Made by a program: the position numbers and the translations under genes. DNA of 64,000 bases. Source: Azolla caroliniana (Eukaryota; Plantae; Polypodiophyta). The stretch's first letter is position 1; every line of letters starts with the position of its first letter. The notes beneath the pieces were generated by a model. That model was not told the origin of the DNA and ran no database searches. It worked only from the letters and a program-made list of their open reading frames with translations. Location of the stretch: positions 1,984,001 through 2,048,000 of the forward strand of contig JBHGNT010000014.1 of NCBI GenBank assembly GCA_043228905.1, given 5' to 3'. Of this stretch, positions 48,989 through 62,830 are shown piece by piece.

Positions 48989-51900
48989 GTCTCTTCGTAA
49001 TTGATTTCGTGGGTCTGTGCGTATCCCTTCACCACTAATCGGGCCTTGTACCAGTTAATTCAACCGTCGACATTGTACTTTACCTTGTACACCCATTTGC
49101 AACCGATCGGTTTATAGTGTCGGGGAGGATCAACGAGGTCCCATGTATCGTTGGCATTGAGTGCCTGCTTTTCTTCCTCCATAGCGGCACGCCGATTTGC
49201 ATCCTTCGCCGCTTCCACGTAGCTCTCCGGCTCACGCACTTTTGCCACTTTGGTCATGTACGCATAGTGATGCGCCATGTACTCATTGTACCCGTACCGT
49301 GTAATGGGGTTCTTCTGGCGGGATGACCGGAGTAACTTGTCGTTGCCTGGTTTAAGGCCCTTCTTGGCCGATTTAGACTTCCTTTTTGAAGATCTGACTT
49401 CTTCCTTTCTGGAGTCGGATTCGCTCCGATCCGACTCAACGTTGTCGATTTTGTATTCCTGCATCTTCTTCTTCCCCTTCTCTTTATGCGTGTACCGTCT
49501 CCTCGGTTCCTTGCGTGGGGAGAGCACAATAGAGTCTCCACTACTCGTCGGTTCTTCATTCGACTGGTCCTCCCGACTCAGCCGCTCATTCGGTATAGTC
49601 AACAGGAATGAGATCGGACTCTCTTCTAGAGTGTCGAAATCTTCATCTTCTACCTGGACCTCCTCGGGCTCACTAGCCTCATCTTCCGGAATCGGGTCTT
49701 CATCGGGAGTTGGAGTCGGTAAGGAGTACCATGATGCTGTCTCATCAAACTCGACATCTCGGCTTACTCGGACCTGCTTAGTCCGAGTGTTTTAGAACTT
49801 ATACCCCTTCTGCTCATGCAAGTAGCCAACTAGGATGCACTTCTCCGACTTCGGATCTAGCTTTTTTCGCTTCTCATCCGGTACATGCACATATGCTATG
49901 CTACCGAAAATCCGAAGGTGTCTCAAATTCGGCTTGCCCCCGGAATACAGCTCTTGTGCTGACACCTTGTCACCGATCCGGACCACCTCAGCTCAATAGA
50001 AATGGGGCATGCTCTTCTCCTCCAGCATTGCCCTTGCTGCGTCAACAATCGACCGATTCTTCCTTTCGGCCACACCGTTTTGCTCTGGTGTGTACCTGCA
50101 GCTGAATTCTCTTTGAATTCCGTTCTACTACAGATAACTGTTGAACTGGCTGGAAAAGTATTCTTACCCGCCATCCAACCGTAGGCACTTGATCTTCCTC
50201 TCCGTTTCCCGTTCAACCAAGCTTTGAATGTTCTGGAAACACTCGAAGACTTCGCTCTTCCTATCGATGAGGTAGATCCAGGTGTGCTGGCTATAGTCGT
50301 CGATGAAGGAGACGAAGTATCGACTCCCACCAAGACTAACGTTTTGTGTCGGTCCCCATACATCCGAATGGATTAGGTCGAGCTTCTTAACGCTCCGGTT
50401 TCGTTCGGTGGAGAATGGAAGCCGGTGTTGCTTCCAAGTTGGCAGGTTTCACAAATTTCGGCCTTCCGGCCACTGAATTTCAGCAATCCAAACACAACTT
50501 GTTTCGATTGCAGGTCTTGAAGCCTCTGGTAATTGACATGGCCAATCCGCTTGTGCCATAGGTCGATGTTCGATTCGACCTTCTACCCTTTTGCAAACAT
50601 GGTGGTGCCAACGTCATTAGTGTTGAGGATGAACATCATGCCTTCTCTACGCCCTTGCGCAATTATACAACCCTCTTCCTCGATGAAGCACACCTGCATC
50701 CCCTAGTCGACGATTTGTCCAACGGACACCAGGTTCTTTGTGATTGTCGGAACGTGTAGTACGTTCAACAACTTCCCCTTTTGTCCGACATTTCTTAAAG
50801 GAACTTCTCCGACATGCACAATCGAGTGAGGGGTGTTGTCTCCGGTTTCAACAATCCCTGGTTGTTCCAGTTTCTCCAAAAAAGAGAACCACTCTTCATG
50901 GCTTGTCATGTGGTTGGACGCTCCGGAATCAACGTACCATACTTCCTCCGATCCAGAATTAGTCTTCATCATCGAGTTGGCCTTGTGCTTTATTACGAAG
51001 GCTGGCCCCTTTACCGGTTTTCCTTGTTCCGGATCCTTCGGATCCTTACGCGTAGTGCGAGCTTTGTCGGTTCTCAAAACCGATTTTGTCGTATGCGGAT
51101 TTGTCTGAATCAGCGCACTTCTTCCAGTACTCGCTTTCCCTATGGCCCTTTGTGCCATAGTACCAACATTCCGTGTCAGTCTTTCCTTGCCGGTTCCTAG
51201 TGCCACTCTGACTCCCCCTGCTTGTGGAGGGTTTGGAACTACTGTCGGCACCACCTCTGTTCCTCTGGTCCTGCTCTTGCCGACCGCCTCCATTGCATGC
51301 CCACCCACCTCGTCCACCATGTCCATGGGGCTGATCTGTCTCTGTGTACAACATCCGGCCGTCCGATTGAGTGGTCCTAGACCATCAACATCGATTGCAA
51401 GTCAAAGAAAGATGGTGGTTTCTCCTAGGTGTAGATCATTGTCCGGATTGGCCCGTACCTTTGCGTTAGACCACCGAGGCAGATTTGTATCATCTCGTCT
51501 TCGTCCACCATCACGTTGATGGACCTAAGTGCGTCGCAAACCTCCTTTATCTTGGTGGTGTAGTCCGTAACTGACATGTGTCTTTGCCAAATGTTGTCCA
51601 GCTCTTGCCGGAGCTGCAACTTACGGGTTCTGGTACTTGCGGCGAAAATCTTCCGTAGATTTTCCCAGGCCTCCTTCGGCATCTTTGCATCCTTGATGTA
51701 GCTAAGCATTTGATCATGCACACCGAACGCGAGACAATACAGTACCCGACTCGCTCCTTGCTCCCATACCGGGAAGTCTTTGTGTGACGGCTCCGGTGCT
51801 ACTTCATTTGTTCCTTCCACGAAGCTCCAATATCCATGCCCCAACAGGTAGGTACTAGTGCATTTTATATGACCAGGACGCGTAGTTGCTATGGTCGAGC

Positions 51901-53730
51901 TTCTTTGTTGGAAGTGAACTCGTCATTCCTCTGTCCATATCTTCTTTCTGTCTGTTGTTGCCAGGTTCTAGGGTTCGTCTACGAAAGCTAGTGTCGGCTG
52001 CAGAGGTTCTCAACCCTCGTGCTCTGATACCATGTTAATGTTAATGTGTAGAAGCGTAAGACAGAACCGGTTCAACCGGATAGCAACAGACAATGAGATG
52101 AAGGTTTAATGGAGAAGCTTAACACAGAGAGTATATACGGGAGAGAGAGAGAGAGAGAGAGCAGAACATAGACTATATTCAAAAATTAACTCTAAAACTA
52201 TGTGCATACAACGTGCTAAACAACACTATTTATACAAGTCCATAAAGGACTAACAGAAGTACTGACAAGTACTTCAATGCTCATATATGTGTGACTGACA
52301 CTAACTATGAGATAATAATTACCTAGTAGTCTAGGCTACTACTAGGCTTCCGGTTCCCACTCGAATCCAGCTCTCTGATCTGTCTCCCTGATCCGGTCGG
52401 TTGTTTCCGGATACCGATCTGGCTCATCCTTCCGGATGTCGATCCGGCTCAGGCTTATTCAACCGATCCGGATCCGGTTGAGCTTGCTCGCTCAACAATC
52501 TTGTTTCTAGAAGTTCCAAATCGCTATATCAAACATCAAACACTTTGAAAACTCTCCTTCCCAAATTTTTCTGTGGTCCTCTCAATGAGATCCCTTGCTC
52601 ATTTATAGCACTTTGGACCACCTCCCTCAGATAAAAAGTCATGCAGTATTTCTTTTTGCTTTTGCCTTTAGGGTTTGTAGTGTTTGCCAAAATGGTCATT
52701 GCCATATCTATATTCACTTGAACCATAACTTTCACAAACTTGGTCTAATTTTCATCGTATTCGCCCTAGTTGAGTTTAAGCCCTTCACCTTATTATTCAA
52801 GTGGTTAGCTCTTACTATTCTCATATTCTTCGGAGCTTTCTGAATCTTGACGTATTGCAAATCTCAATGAAGAAGTTGATAGTGGCATCTTAACCTATCT
52901 ACTTTTCTCCTCTTGCACATCCTACATCGTGAGAACATAGTCATAACTCTATGCTTAAGTTAGTAACTAGATTTCGGTTACTTTATAATGACATCAAACA
53001 AAGACATATTAGGATGCAAATTGGTCAAAGTGCATTCCAAGATGATTCGGTTGGTTCCACTTGGTTTTGGAATGAGTGCACAATTAGTAATTAGACAATT
53101 ATATGGGATTTCCATATCACTAATCATAATATTTGTGTTGGCCGGACAGGAAGGCCAGAGCTGTGAAAGGAGACCGGAAACCAAGCACATGCATTATCAT
53201 GTGTCCATCAACCTTGAAGCCATATCCTACCAACAACCTCTTTAGATCCTTGTATGTGAGAGCCTTTTGAAGTTTGGATACAAGAGTATCATATTTTTAT
53301 TTGACCCCTATAGCATTGCATTGATCTAAAGGTGCTTATAAGACATTGTTGGGATCAAGCAAAGTAAATAATTATTGCAAAAGTCTTGTGAGCTAACAAT
53401 TATACAAACAAATGAAACAAGTAATTGAAAAGTTGTTTATTTACACCACCGCACTCATAGTTATGAAGACCTAGATTGTCATCCAATACAATCCCCAACC
53501 CCCATACCCTACTGTGAAGCCTCAATGTCCATGCAAACCTCAAAAAATGATAAATTATTGAGGTTTATGCAAACCTTGAAAATGATAAATTATTGAGGTT
53601 TATGAAAAGCTCGAAAATGATGAATTATTGAGATTCCCATTTACCCAACAAGCAAAATCAATGAAGTAGTCCCTATCGAGTTTTCGAACCTTTTGTGACC
53701 ATTGTATTATGTAGGCTAGATGAACGGGTT

Positions 53731-55389
53731 CTAAATAGAGGTCGATAAGTGAATCTTCATACAATCCACAACCAATCCACGTTTCCACAAATAACCTTCT
53801 ATGCCCATCAAGCTAAACTCCACACTAAGTAGCATTTCCGTTTCCACGGAGAACTCCCCACCATCAAGCTCCATCCATTCACCACTGACCGATTGTAGAG
53901 ATGTGTCCGTTCCATGTGCCGATTGATCTTGTCCTTGGAGGAATCGCTCACATTCGGAGTTTTGGCCATGGGACGTCAACAAACATAACTTGACCGGAAA
54001 ACCTTCGAATCTGCTCTTATTGTGTAGCATTATCCGAAGCGAGACCACGTATACACCTGGGCGAAATATTGCATCGCGTACCTTACCTCTAATCTCCAAC
54101 CAGCACACTGATCTGAGGTGTGCAACTTCACCAAACCTAGTGATTTGTATAGGTTTGATGAAAGAGACAAACACACATTGCATTAGGGAAGGAAGAGAAA
54201 CAAAGAGATATGTCCATAAGTGGGCTATGGGGGCAGGGGTTGGGCTTTACTAATTCATTCAACCCAACTCCTCTGCCTCTCATTTTGTTTTTCTTCTTTT
54301 ACTACAAACATCATAGTAAAAGAGGATGCATGCTTAAGACAAATCATAGTAAAAAAAGATGTACATTTAGGACAAATCATAGTAAAAAAAAGATGCACAT
54401 TTAGGACAAATCATAGTAAAAGAAGATGCACACTTAAGACAAATCATTTGCTGGAAAGGCTTACCAAGAGCTTGGTTCCTGTTCCCATTGCCAGTAATTT
54501 TCGTCATTTCCCCATGTGATTTCCAATCTTCGCGCTCGCAAGAAGAAGCTTCCCTGAGCTATGGCCGGATCTGACCAATGCCGCTGCACATAGCAAAATG
54601 TGGTATGAAAAAAACATTTAAATCTGGAATCGATGCCTTCCATGTAATGAAATCTGCACATATATATAGAAAAAAATATGGTCTCGACAAAATGTGGAGC
54701 CCGAACCGATGCCATCAATACATAATCGACATCAACAGCTGATGAGATGAGATTCAAAAGGTTTGCTTGGGGGTCTATTTCTCTTTTGGTTTTTAGGGTT
54801 TACCTTTCTTAAGAGCTACCACATTGAGTTCAAAATTGTGGTAGGCCTTGCAAGCTACTACATTGCATATACATATACAACATTGAGTTCAAAATTGTGG
54901 TAGGCAAAGCTACCACACCATCAGAGATGGCGAAAATTGATGGGGCATTTTGATGTATTGGTAATCCAAGCATAGCGCGGTCTAGAAGGTCCGAATGGTG
55001 CTCAGAGTTACCCACCGATGGCATACTACCATGCCACAATGGTCATCAAATCATGCCTCTAAGAGCCACATCTGTCTGATCTGCATTCGATTCGACAAAT
55101 CGTGCACCTGCACCCATCTGCATGCATCCCATGTGCAGAATGCATGCAATGAGATCTGATGAACGCTTACCTGAAGCACTTCAGATCGAAGCTGGAAGTA
55201 CATGAGCTTTAGAGAGGTGAGCGGTGGGGAGGAAATGGCGACTTTAGTCTTCCATACATCATCTGAATCCGCGATGACCTGCAGTGCCCTGCATACTGAA
55301 GAGAGGCTACACACTTCCTTGGTAGGAAGGAAGGCGGCGATAAGCGCCAGGCAATCTATGGGAAGCTCTGCGAGAGATCTGTCAGTCAT
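53731..55389 (-). CDS. F-box protein with phloem protein 2 (PP2) lectin domain, 3 exons, about 247 aa
   Basis: Exons 55389-55171, 54583-54465, 54136-53731 in frame (744 nt); F-box LAELPIDCLALI..DSDDVW; PP2 motifs ARRLEITWGNDENYWQW, EVAHLRSVCWLEIRG, GEWMELDGGEF, WKRGLVVD. Confidence 0.92.
54305..54447. repeat. About 32-bp tandem repeat in F-box gene intron 2
   Basis: gacaaatcatagtaaaaaaagatgcacattt repeated 4-5 times. Confidence 0.85.
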
Positions 55390-56599
55390 ATTAATCAGGC
55401 GTGATTCTTCTCCTTCTTCTTCTTCTTCTTATGTTTGAGCACGATCACAAACCTCTCTGTTTTCTCGAAGATACAGAAGATGGCGGCGATGGAAGTACAG
55501 AAGAAGAAGAAGAAGAAGAAGAAGAAGAAGCCTGCGAGAGGTGAGCGTGGGAAATCAAAGTCAACGCAGCTTGGTCAACGGGATCGAGCTCCGTTTGACC
55601 AAGTCAAAGTTCGCAAAGTCAACGGTACCAAAAAAAGAAGTTTCTAGAACCCTGGAGGATCCAAAATCAAGAACATAGGGTCTGCGTAAGGTCGGGGGCA
55701 GGCCTCATTGTCGAGGTTCTGGCGATACTATCTGGCAATCAGCGAGAGGCATTAGGATCTGGTCATCGCAGTGCCGACACCGGCTCTCCATGAAGGAGTT
55801 CTAGCTTCGTGCATGCTAACACCGGAGTTTACTATTTGCAACCCGCTCTAAATTATAGAGCTTGACTTCTACCATGTTCGTGTCTACATGATGAAACCAC
55901 ATGCTAGGACTTAATGACCTCTAATGTGCGTTCATTCCCACAAAGTAACTCCTAACATGACCCGTTCTGTGGGTGTCCCCATGATAGATAGTTTCTATCG
56001 CATGGACAGGCCCACATGATGACTTGAGGTGGGTTCCTCCCTAGCCCCATTCGTTTTTCTAGGCCTTCGTGTGGATGTCCGCATGTTAGTATATATTCTA
56101 CGGTGTGCATTTCGACATGTGATTGTTTGTTTCTATCGTGCCAATGTTCCCATGCGCTCTTAGAGTTCCTCATGCATGTGCACCAAGCATTCTTCACACA
56201 TTTCAGTGTAAAATTGATTTAATTAGGTTCATGATTAGGATTCAACAACAATCTCTAAATCCTAAGTTACTCTATCTATATTACTTTGTTATCTCTTTAG
56301 ATTCTCTCAATCTACCTCGTTCCTTTTTCTCTTTTTCTTCGTTTTGATTTTGACATCTAGGTGATACACAATCATAAAGTTGAAACAGATAAGGAGCTGC
56401 AACAAAAAGTTTGTCGTTGACTTAAGACTCAAGCATTTTGGAACTATGTCAGGTTCTTATGATGATTTAGACAATGATCTTGCAGGGGAACCTTCTAGGA
56501 GGTGGTGCTAATGCATCGATGAATCTACAATGGCCAAAAGTTCCTTATCTTGAATCACATAATTTATTTCAACTACTAATTTTTGTGAACAGAAAGCAT

Positions 56600-58150
56600 T
56601 TGAATGTAGTTGCACATTGACATTGGGTTATGACAAGACACTTCCAACTGCCAAATCTAACACATTACCCTCTCGAATAAAGTGCTTGGTTTGAATATGA
56701 ATTAAAATAGGGCCAAATGTAGATGCATTCTTTAAGCTTTCAAAGGACTTGAGTGTACTCGAAGTTTTGGTTTCAAATAAAGTTTTTTTTCAAATTGGTT
56801 GATACCTCTGGTATCTACCTCAATTCTTTCTAATAACGAGGCAAGGAGAGTCCATGCAAATGGTTGATTCTTGCTTAAGTGGCGTGAGAGGCATAACCAT
56901 CTTCTAGTAACTCTTAATGAATTTGTGGCAAAAAAATTTTAATCCAAAGAAACATTGGACATGATGCATTGATGGTGGTGCTTTCCAATCTAGAAGTGTT
57001 TCCACCTTTGTTGGATCCATCGAGATAATTACTGGCAATGCTATGTTTCCACTCAATTCCATAGAGACCATACTCTTATAATCGTCGTAGAACTTGGTGA
57101 GTATGAACAACATGCTTCTCTTTAGTCTTGGAATAGATCATGATGTCATCTAGATAAACGATGATAAATGTATCTATCACGTATAAAACAATATCATTGT
57201 TCATACGTTGAAAAACTGTTGGAGCATTTGTGAGACTGAAATTTTGTATAATTGTATATTCGAAATGTCCATATCAAATGGAGGATCAAGTCTTCAATTC
57301 ATAGCCTGAACGAATCCTAATCATATTATAGGTACCTCGAAGATTGAGTTTTGTGAAGTATTTAGCTCCACTCAAGCACTCTAAAAGGGTTGAGATTAGG
57401 GAGAAGGCATGCCAATTTTGAATTGTAACTTTGTTTAAGCCGAGAGCATCTACAACCAAGCAAGGTAATCCATCTTTCTTATTATCAAATAAAATTGGTG
57501 CACTAACAAAATATATGGAATTCCAAATGAATCCATTTGTCAAATTCTCTTTGATATATCCTTGAAGAACCTTAAACTCTGGTGGCTCTAGGTTATAAAT
57601 TTGTCCACAAGAGTTCTTTTCCTAGTTGAAAATCAATTGGACAATCATAGGGTTGATTCTCAAGGAGCATACTAGTATTTTCCTTATCGGACCCGCAGTT
57701 TTTTTGGGAGTTGAGGATCACTTCTTTTTCTCCAATCAATCTTTGGATTAGGAAGCTTGAACTAATATAGAGTAGATGCTCTAAACTAGAAATTATATTG
57801 ATTGAAATCAGTTAAGCTAGATTACCAAGAACTACACAATTAATTGACTTGGACTCTTAGGTTATGACTATAGCGGTAATAGGTCGTCCATCTATGATCA
57901 TGACAAATGTTAGACAAGGAAAACAATTTAAGATGTGAGAAGGTGATCTCCTTCTCTCAATTTCCAATGTTTACTATCATTCGTACACTATCCATATGCC
58001 CAAAACTTGCTTGCAATTCTTTGAGGAAACCATCAAAATCTTTTAATAAAGGAGAATGTTTTTTAATAATAATGCAAATCATGCAAGTGCAACACCTATT
58101 AGAAGTGTTCCTACTAACCTAAGTGAAGCAAGATCTTTTAGGATGTTGTT
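56600..58150 (-). mobile_element. Highly degraded Ty3/gypsy protease-RT remnant
   Basis: SAPILF..KKDG..LVVD..LNKVTI, YFTKLNLRGTYNMIRI, VYLDDIMIYS, MDPTKVE. Confidence 0.8.
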
Positions 58151-58174
58151 AAGTATTTGTCTATGCATCTATTT

Positions 58175-61100
58175 TGTTGAGCGAGCAAGCTCAACCGGAT
58201 CCAGATCGGCTGAATAAGCCTGAGCCAGATCGGCATCTGGAAGGATGAGCTGAATCGGTATCCGGATGGTATCTGAAACAACCGGCTGGATCGGAGAGCC
58301 GGATTCGAGCGGGAACCGAAAGCCTAGTAGTAGCCTAGACTACTAGGTAATCATTGTCTCGTAGTTAGTGTCAATCGCACGTGTGAGCATTGAAGTACCT
58401 GTCAATACTTCTGTCAGTCCTTTATGAACTTCTATAAATAGTGTTGTTTAGCATGTTGTATGTACAGAGTTTTAGAGATAATTTCTGAATAAAGTCGTAT
58501 GTTCTACTCTCTCTGTCTCCTCTGTGTTTTGAAGCTTTTCCATTAAACCTTCATCTCATTTTCTGTTGCTATCTAGCTGAGCCGGTTCTGTCTGACGCTT
58601 CTGCACATTAACATTCACATGGTATCAGAGCGCAAGGGTTGAGAACCTCTCCAACCGACATTTGCTTCCGTAGACGAACCCTAGAACTCGGTAACAACAA
58701 ATAGAGAGAAGATACGAACAGAGGAATGACGAGTTCACTTCCAATAGAGAAGCTCGACCGGAGCAACTATGCGTCCTGGTCATATAAAATGCACCAGTAC
58801 CTATTGGGGCATGGATATTGGAGCTTCGTGGAAGGAACAAATGAAGTAGCACCGGAGCCATCACACAAAGTCTTCCCGGTATGGGAGCAAGGAGCAAGTC
58901 GGGTACTGTACTGTCTCGCATCCGGTGTGCATGATCAAATGCTCAGCTACATCAAGGATGCAAAGACGCCGAAGGACGCCTAGGAAAATCTACGGAAGAT
59001 TTTCGCCGCAAGTACCACAACTCATAAGTTGCAGCTCCGACAAGCGTTGAACAACATCCGGCAAAGAGAAAGATCGATTACAGACTACACCACCAAGATA
59101 AAGGAGATTTGCGATACACTCGGGTCCATCAACGTGATGGTGGACGAAGGCGAGATGGTACAAATCTACCTCGGTGGTCTAGCGCAAAGGTACGGGCCAA
59201 TCTGAACAACAATCTGCACCCAGGAGAAACCACCGTCCTTCTTCGACTTGCAATCGATGTTGATGGTCGAAGAAAACCACGTGAGTGGGTCAAGGACCAC
59301 TCAATCGGACGGCCGGATGCTGTACATGGAGACAGATCGGCACCATGGACGTGGTGGACCGGGTGGATCAGCACGCAATGGAGGCGGCCGACAAGAGCAG
59401 GACCGGAGGCCCAGAGGGTGTGCCGACAACAGTTCCGAACTCTCCACAAGCAGGGGGAGTCAAAGCGGCGCTGGGAACTGGCAAGGAAAGGTTGACACAA
59501 AATGCTGGTACTGTGGCACAAAGGGCCATAGGGAAAGCGAGTGCTAGGAGAAGTGCACCGATTCAGACAAATCCGCATCCGGCAAAATCGGTTGTGAGAA
59601 CCGGCAAAGCTCGCACTACGCGGAAGGATCCGAAACTGGGAAAACCGGTAAAGGGCCAACCTTCGTAATAAAGCACAAGGCTAACTCAATGATGATGACT
59701 AATTCTGGATCGGAGGAAGTATGGTACGTTGATTCCGGAGCGTCCAACCACATGACGAGCCATGAAGAGTGGTTCTCTTTTTTAGAGAAACCGGAACAAC
59801 CAGGGATTGTTGAAACCGGAGACAACACCTCTCACCCAATTGTGCATGTCGGAGAAGTCCCTTTAAGACATGTCGGACAAAAGGGGAAGTTGTTGAACGT
59901 ACTACACAATCCTACAATCACAAAGAACCTAGTGTCGATTTGACAAATCGTCAACCAAGGGATGTAGGTGTGGTTTACGCATCTCGAGTACTTCATCGAG
60001 GAAGAGGGCCGTATAATTGTGCAAGGGCGTAGAGAAGGCATGATGTTCATCCTCAACACTAATGACATTGGCATCGCCATGTTTGCAAAAGGGCAGAAGG
60101 TCGAGTCGAACATCGACCTATGGCACAAGAGGATCGGCCATGTCAATTACCGGAGGCTTCAAGACCTGCAATCAAAACAAGTTGTGTTTGGATTGCTAAA
60201 ATTCAGTGGCCGGAAGGCCGAAATTTGTGAAGCCTACCAACTCGGGAAGCAACACCGACTTCCATTCTCCACTGAACGAAACCGGAGCCTTAAGAAGCTC
60301 GACCTAATCCATTCGGATGTATGGGGCCGACACAAAACGTTAGTCTTGGCGGGAGTCGATACTTCGTCTCCTTCATCGACGACTATAGCTAGCACACGTG
60401 GATCTACCTCATCGATAGGAAGAGGGAAGTCTTCGAGTGTTTCCGAAACCTTCAAAGTTTAGTCGAAAGGGAAACGGAGAGGAAGATCAAGTGCCTGCGG
60501 TCGGATGACGGAAAAGAATACTTTTTCGGCCAATTCAACAGTCATCTGCAGCGAATGCTGGAGGAGAAGAGCATACCCCATTTCTACTGGGTTGAGGCGG
60601 TTCGAATCGGTGACAAGGTGTCAGCACAAGAGTTGTATTTCGGGCGCAAGCCGAATTTGAGACACCTTCGGATTTTCGGTAGCATAGCATATGTGCACGT
60701 ACCGGATGAGAAGCGAAAAAAGCTAGATCCAAAGTCGGAGAAGTGCATCCTAGTCGGCTACTTGCATGAGCAGAAGGGGTATAAATTCTATAACACTCGG
60801 ACTAAGCAGGTCCGACTAAGCCGAGATGTCGAGTTTGATGAGACGGCATCATGGTACTCCTTACCGACTCCAACTCCCGACGAAGACCCGATTCCGGAAG
60901 ATGAGGCTAGTGAGCCCGATGAGGTCCAAGTAGAAGATGAAGATTTCGACACTCTAGAAGAGAGTCCGATCTCATTCCGGTTGACTGGACCGAATGAGCG
61001 GCTGAGTCGGGACGACTAGTCGGATGAAGAACTGGCAAGTAGTGGAGACTCTATTGTGCTCCCCCACGCAAGGAGCCGAGGAGACGGTACACGCATAAAG

Positions 61101-62830
61101 AGAAGGGGAAGAAGAAGATGCAGGAATACAAAACCGACAACATTGAGTCGGATCGAAGCGAATCCGACTCTAGAAAGGAAGAAGTTTGATCTTCAGAAAG
61201 GAAGTCTAAATCGGCCAAGAAGGGCCTTAAACCAGGCAACGACAAGTTACTCCAGTCATCCCGCCAAAAGAACCCCGTTACGCGGTACGGGTACAATGAG
61301 TACATGGCGTATCAGTATGCGTACATGACCAAAGTGCCAGAATTGCGTGAGCCGGAGAGCTACGCGGAAGCGGCAAAGGATGCAAATTGGCGTGCCGTTA
61401 TGGAGGAAGAAATGTAGGCACTCAATGCCAACGACATATGGGACCTCGTTGATCCTCCCTGACACTATAAACCGATCGGTTGCATATGGGTGTACAAGGT
61501 AAAGTACAATGCCGATGATTCAATTAACCGGTACAAGGCCCGATTAGTGGCGAAGGGATACGCACAGACCCACGGAATCGATTACGAAGAGACCTTCGCC
61601 CCGGTAGTGAAGATGACGATAGTTCGTGTGGTACTGGTGGTTGCTGCGGTTTAGGGGGTGACATCTTCACCAGATGGACGTGAAAAATGCGTTTCTTCAA
61701 GGTTACCTTGAAGAACGGGTCTATATGATCCAACCTCCTAGTTTTCAATCGGAGATGAACAAGTCAGTGGTGTGCCGGCTTAAGAAGTCGCTTTACGGTC
61801 TGAAACAAGCCCCCCCGAGCTTGGAATGCGAAGATCACACACCGGTTGTGTAAGATGGGGTTTGTGAACTCTAAATCCGACTCATCGTTGTTCATCCGGC
61901 AAGGTCCGAACGGTCCGGTTTGCATCTTACTTTATCTAGATGACTTAATCATCACCGGGCCCGGACTCTTTGAAATCGGTCGTGTGAAGGGCCAACTATC
62001 AGACGCATTTGAAATGAAGGACCTGGGGGACCTTCATTATTTTCTTGGGATCGAGGTGATCCGAACCCCCGACGACATATTGCTCTCACAATGACACTAT
62101 GTTTTGAATATGTTGTACAAGTTCGGCATGACAGAATGCCGACCTGTCTCCACACCAGTAGACCGTAACCAGAAGCTCTGTCCCAACTTCGGACCACCCT
62201 GCGATGAGAAACGGTTGCGACAAATCGTCGAAAGCCTCATATACCTAACAATCACTCGACCCGACCTCAGTTACCCGGTCGGAGTGATCAGCCAGTTCAT
62301 GCAAAAGCCGACCGTTGAGCACCTTCAGTGCGCGCATCGAATACTCCAGTATGTGAGCGTCACGAAGGACCGTGAGGGAAAGCGAATGTTGGAAGAAGAG
62401 CGTCGATTCGGACAAATCCGCATCCGACAAAACCGGTCGGGAGATTTGGCAAAGCTTGCACTACGTGGAAAGATCGAAAGGATCCGGAACCGGGAAAATC
62501 GGTAAAGGGCTAGTCTTTGTGATGAAGCACAAGGCTAAGTCGATGAAGAAGACTACTTCTAGATCGGAGGAATTATGGTACATTGATTCCGGAGCGTCCA
62601 ACCACATGATGAGCCATGAAGAGTGGTTCTCTTTTTTGGAGAAACCGGAACAACTGGGGATTGTCGAAACCAGAGACAACACCCCTCACCCGATTGTGCA
62701 TGTCAGAGAAGTGCCTTTAAGCCATGTCAAACAAAAGTGGAAGCTGATGAACGTACTACACGTTCCGACTATCACAAAGAACTCGGTGTCCATTGGACAA
62801 ATCGTCGACCAGGGGATGCAGGTGCGGTTT
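58175..62830 (+). mobile_element. Ty1/copia family A: 5' LTR (58175-58619), PBS, disrupted gag-pol with an internal rearrangement
   Basis: LTR TG..CA; PBS at 58620; MTSSLPIEKLDRSNYASWSYKMHQYL, CWYCGTKGHRESEC, DSGAS, integrase and RT motifs. Confidence 0.93.

Larger units (their letters stand above)
39339..52497 (-). mobile_element. Full-length Ty1/copia family A with two LTRs (52033-52497, 39339-39783); coding region disrupted and hosting nested insertions
   Basis: TSD ATCTT (39334-39338, 52498-52502); PBS TGGTATCAGAGC at 52021-52032; gag, CCHC, WYVDSGAS protease, integrase, RT and RNaseH motifs with stops. Confidence 0.95.
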
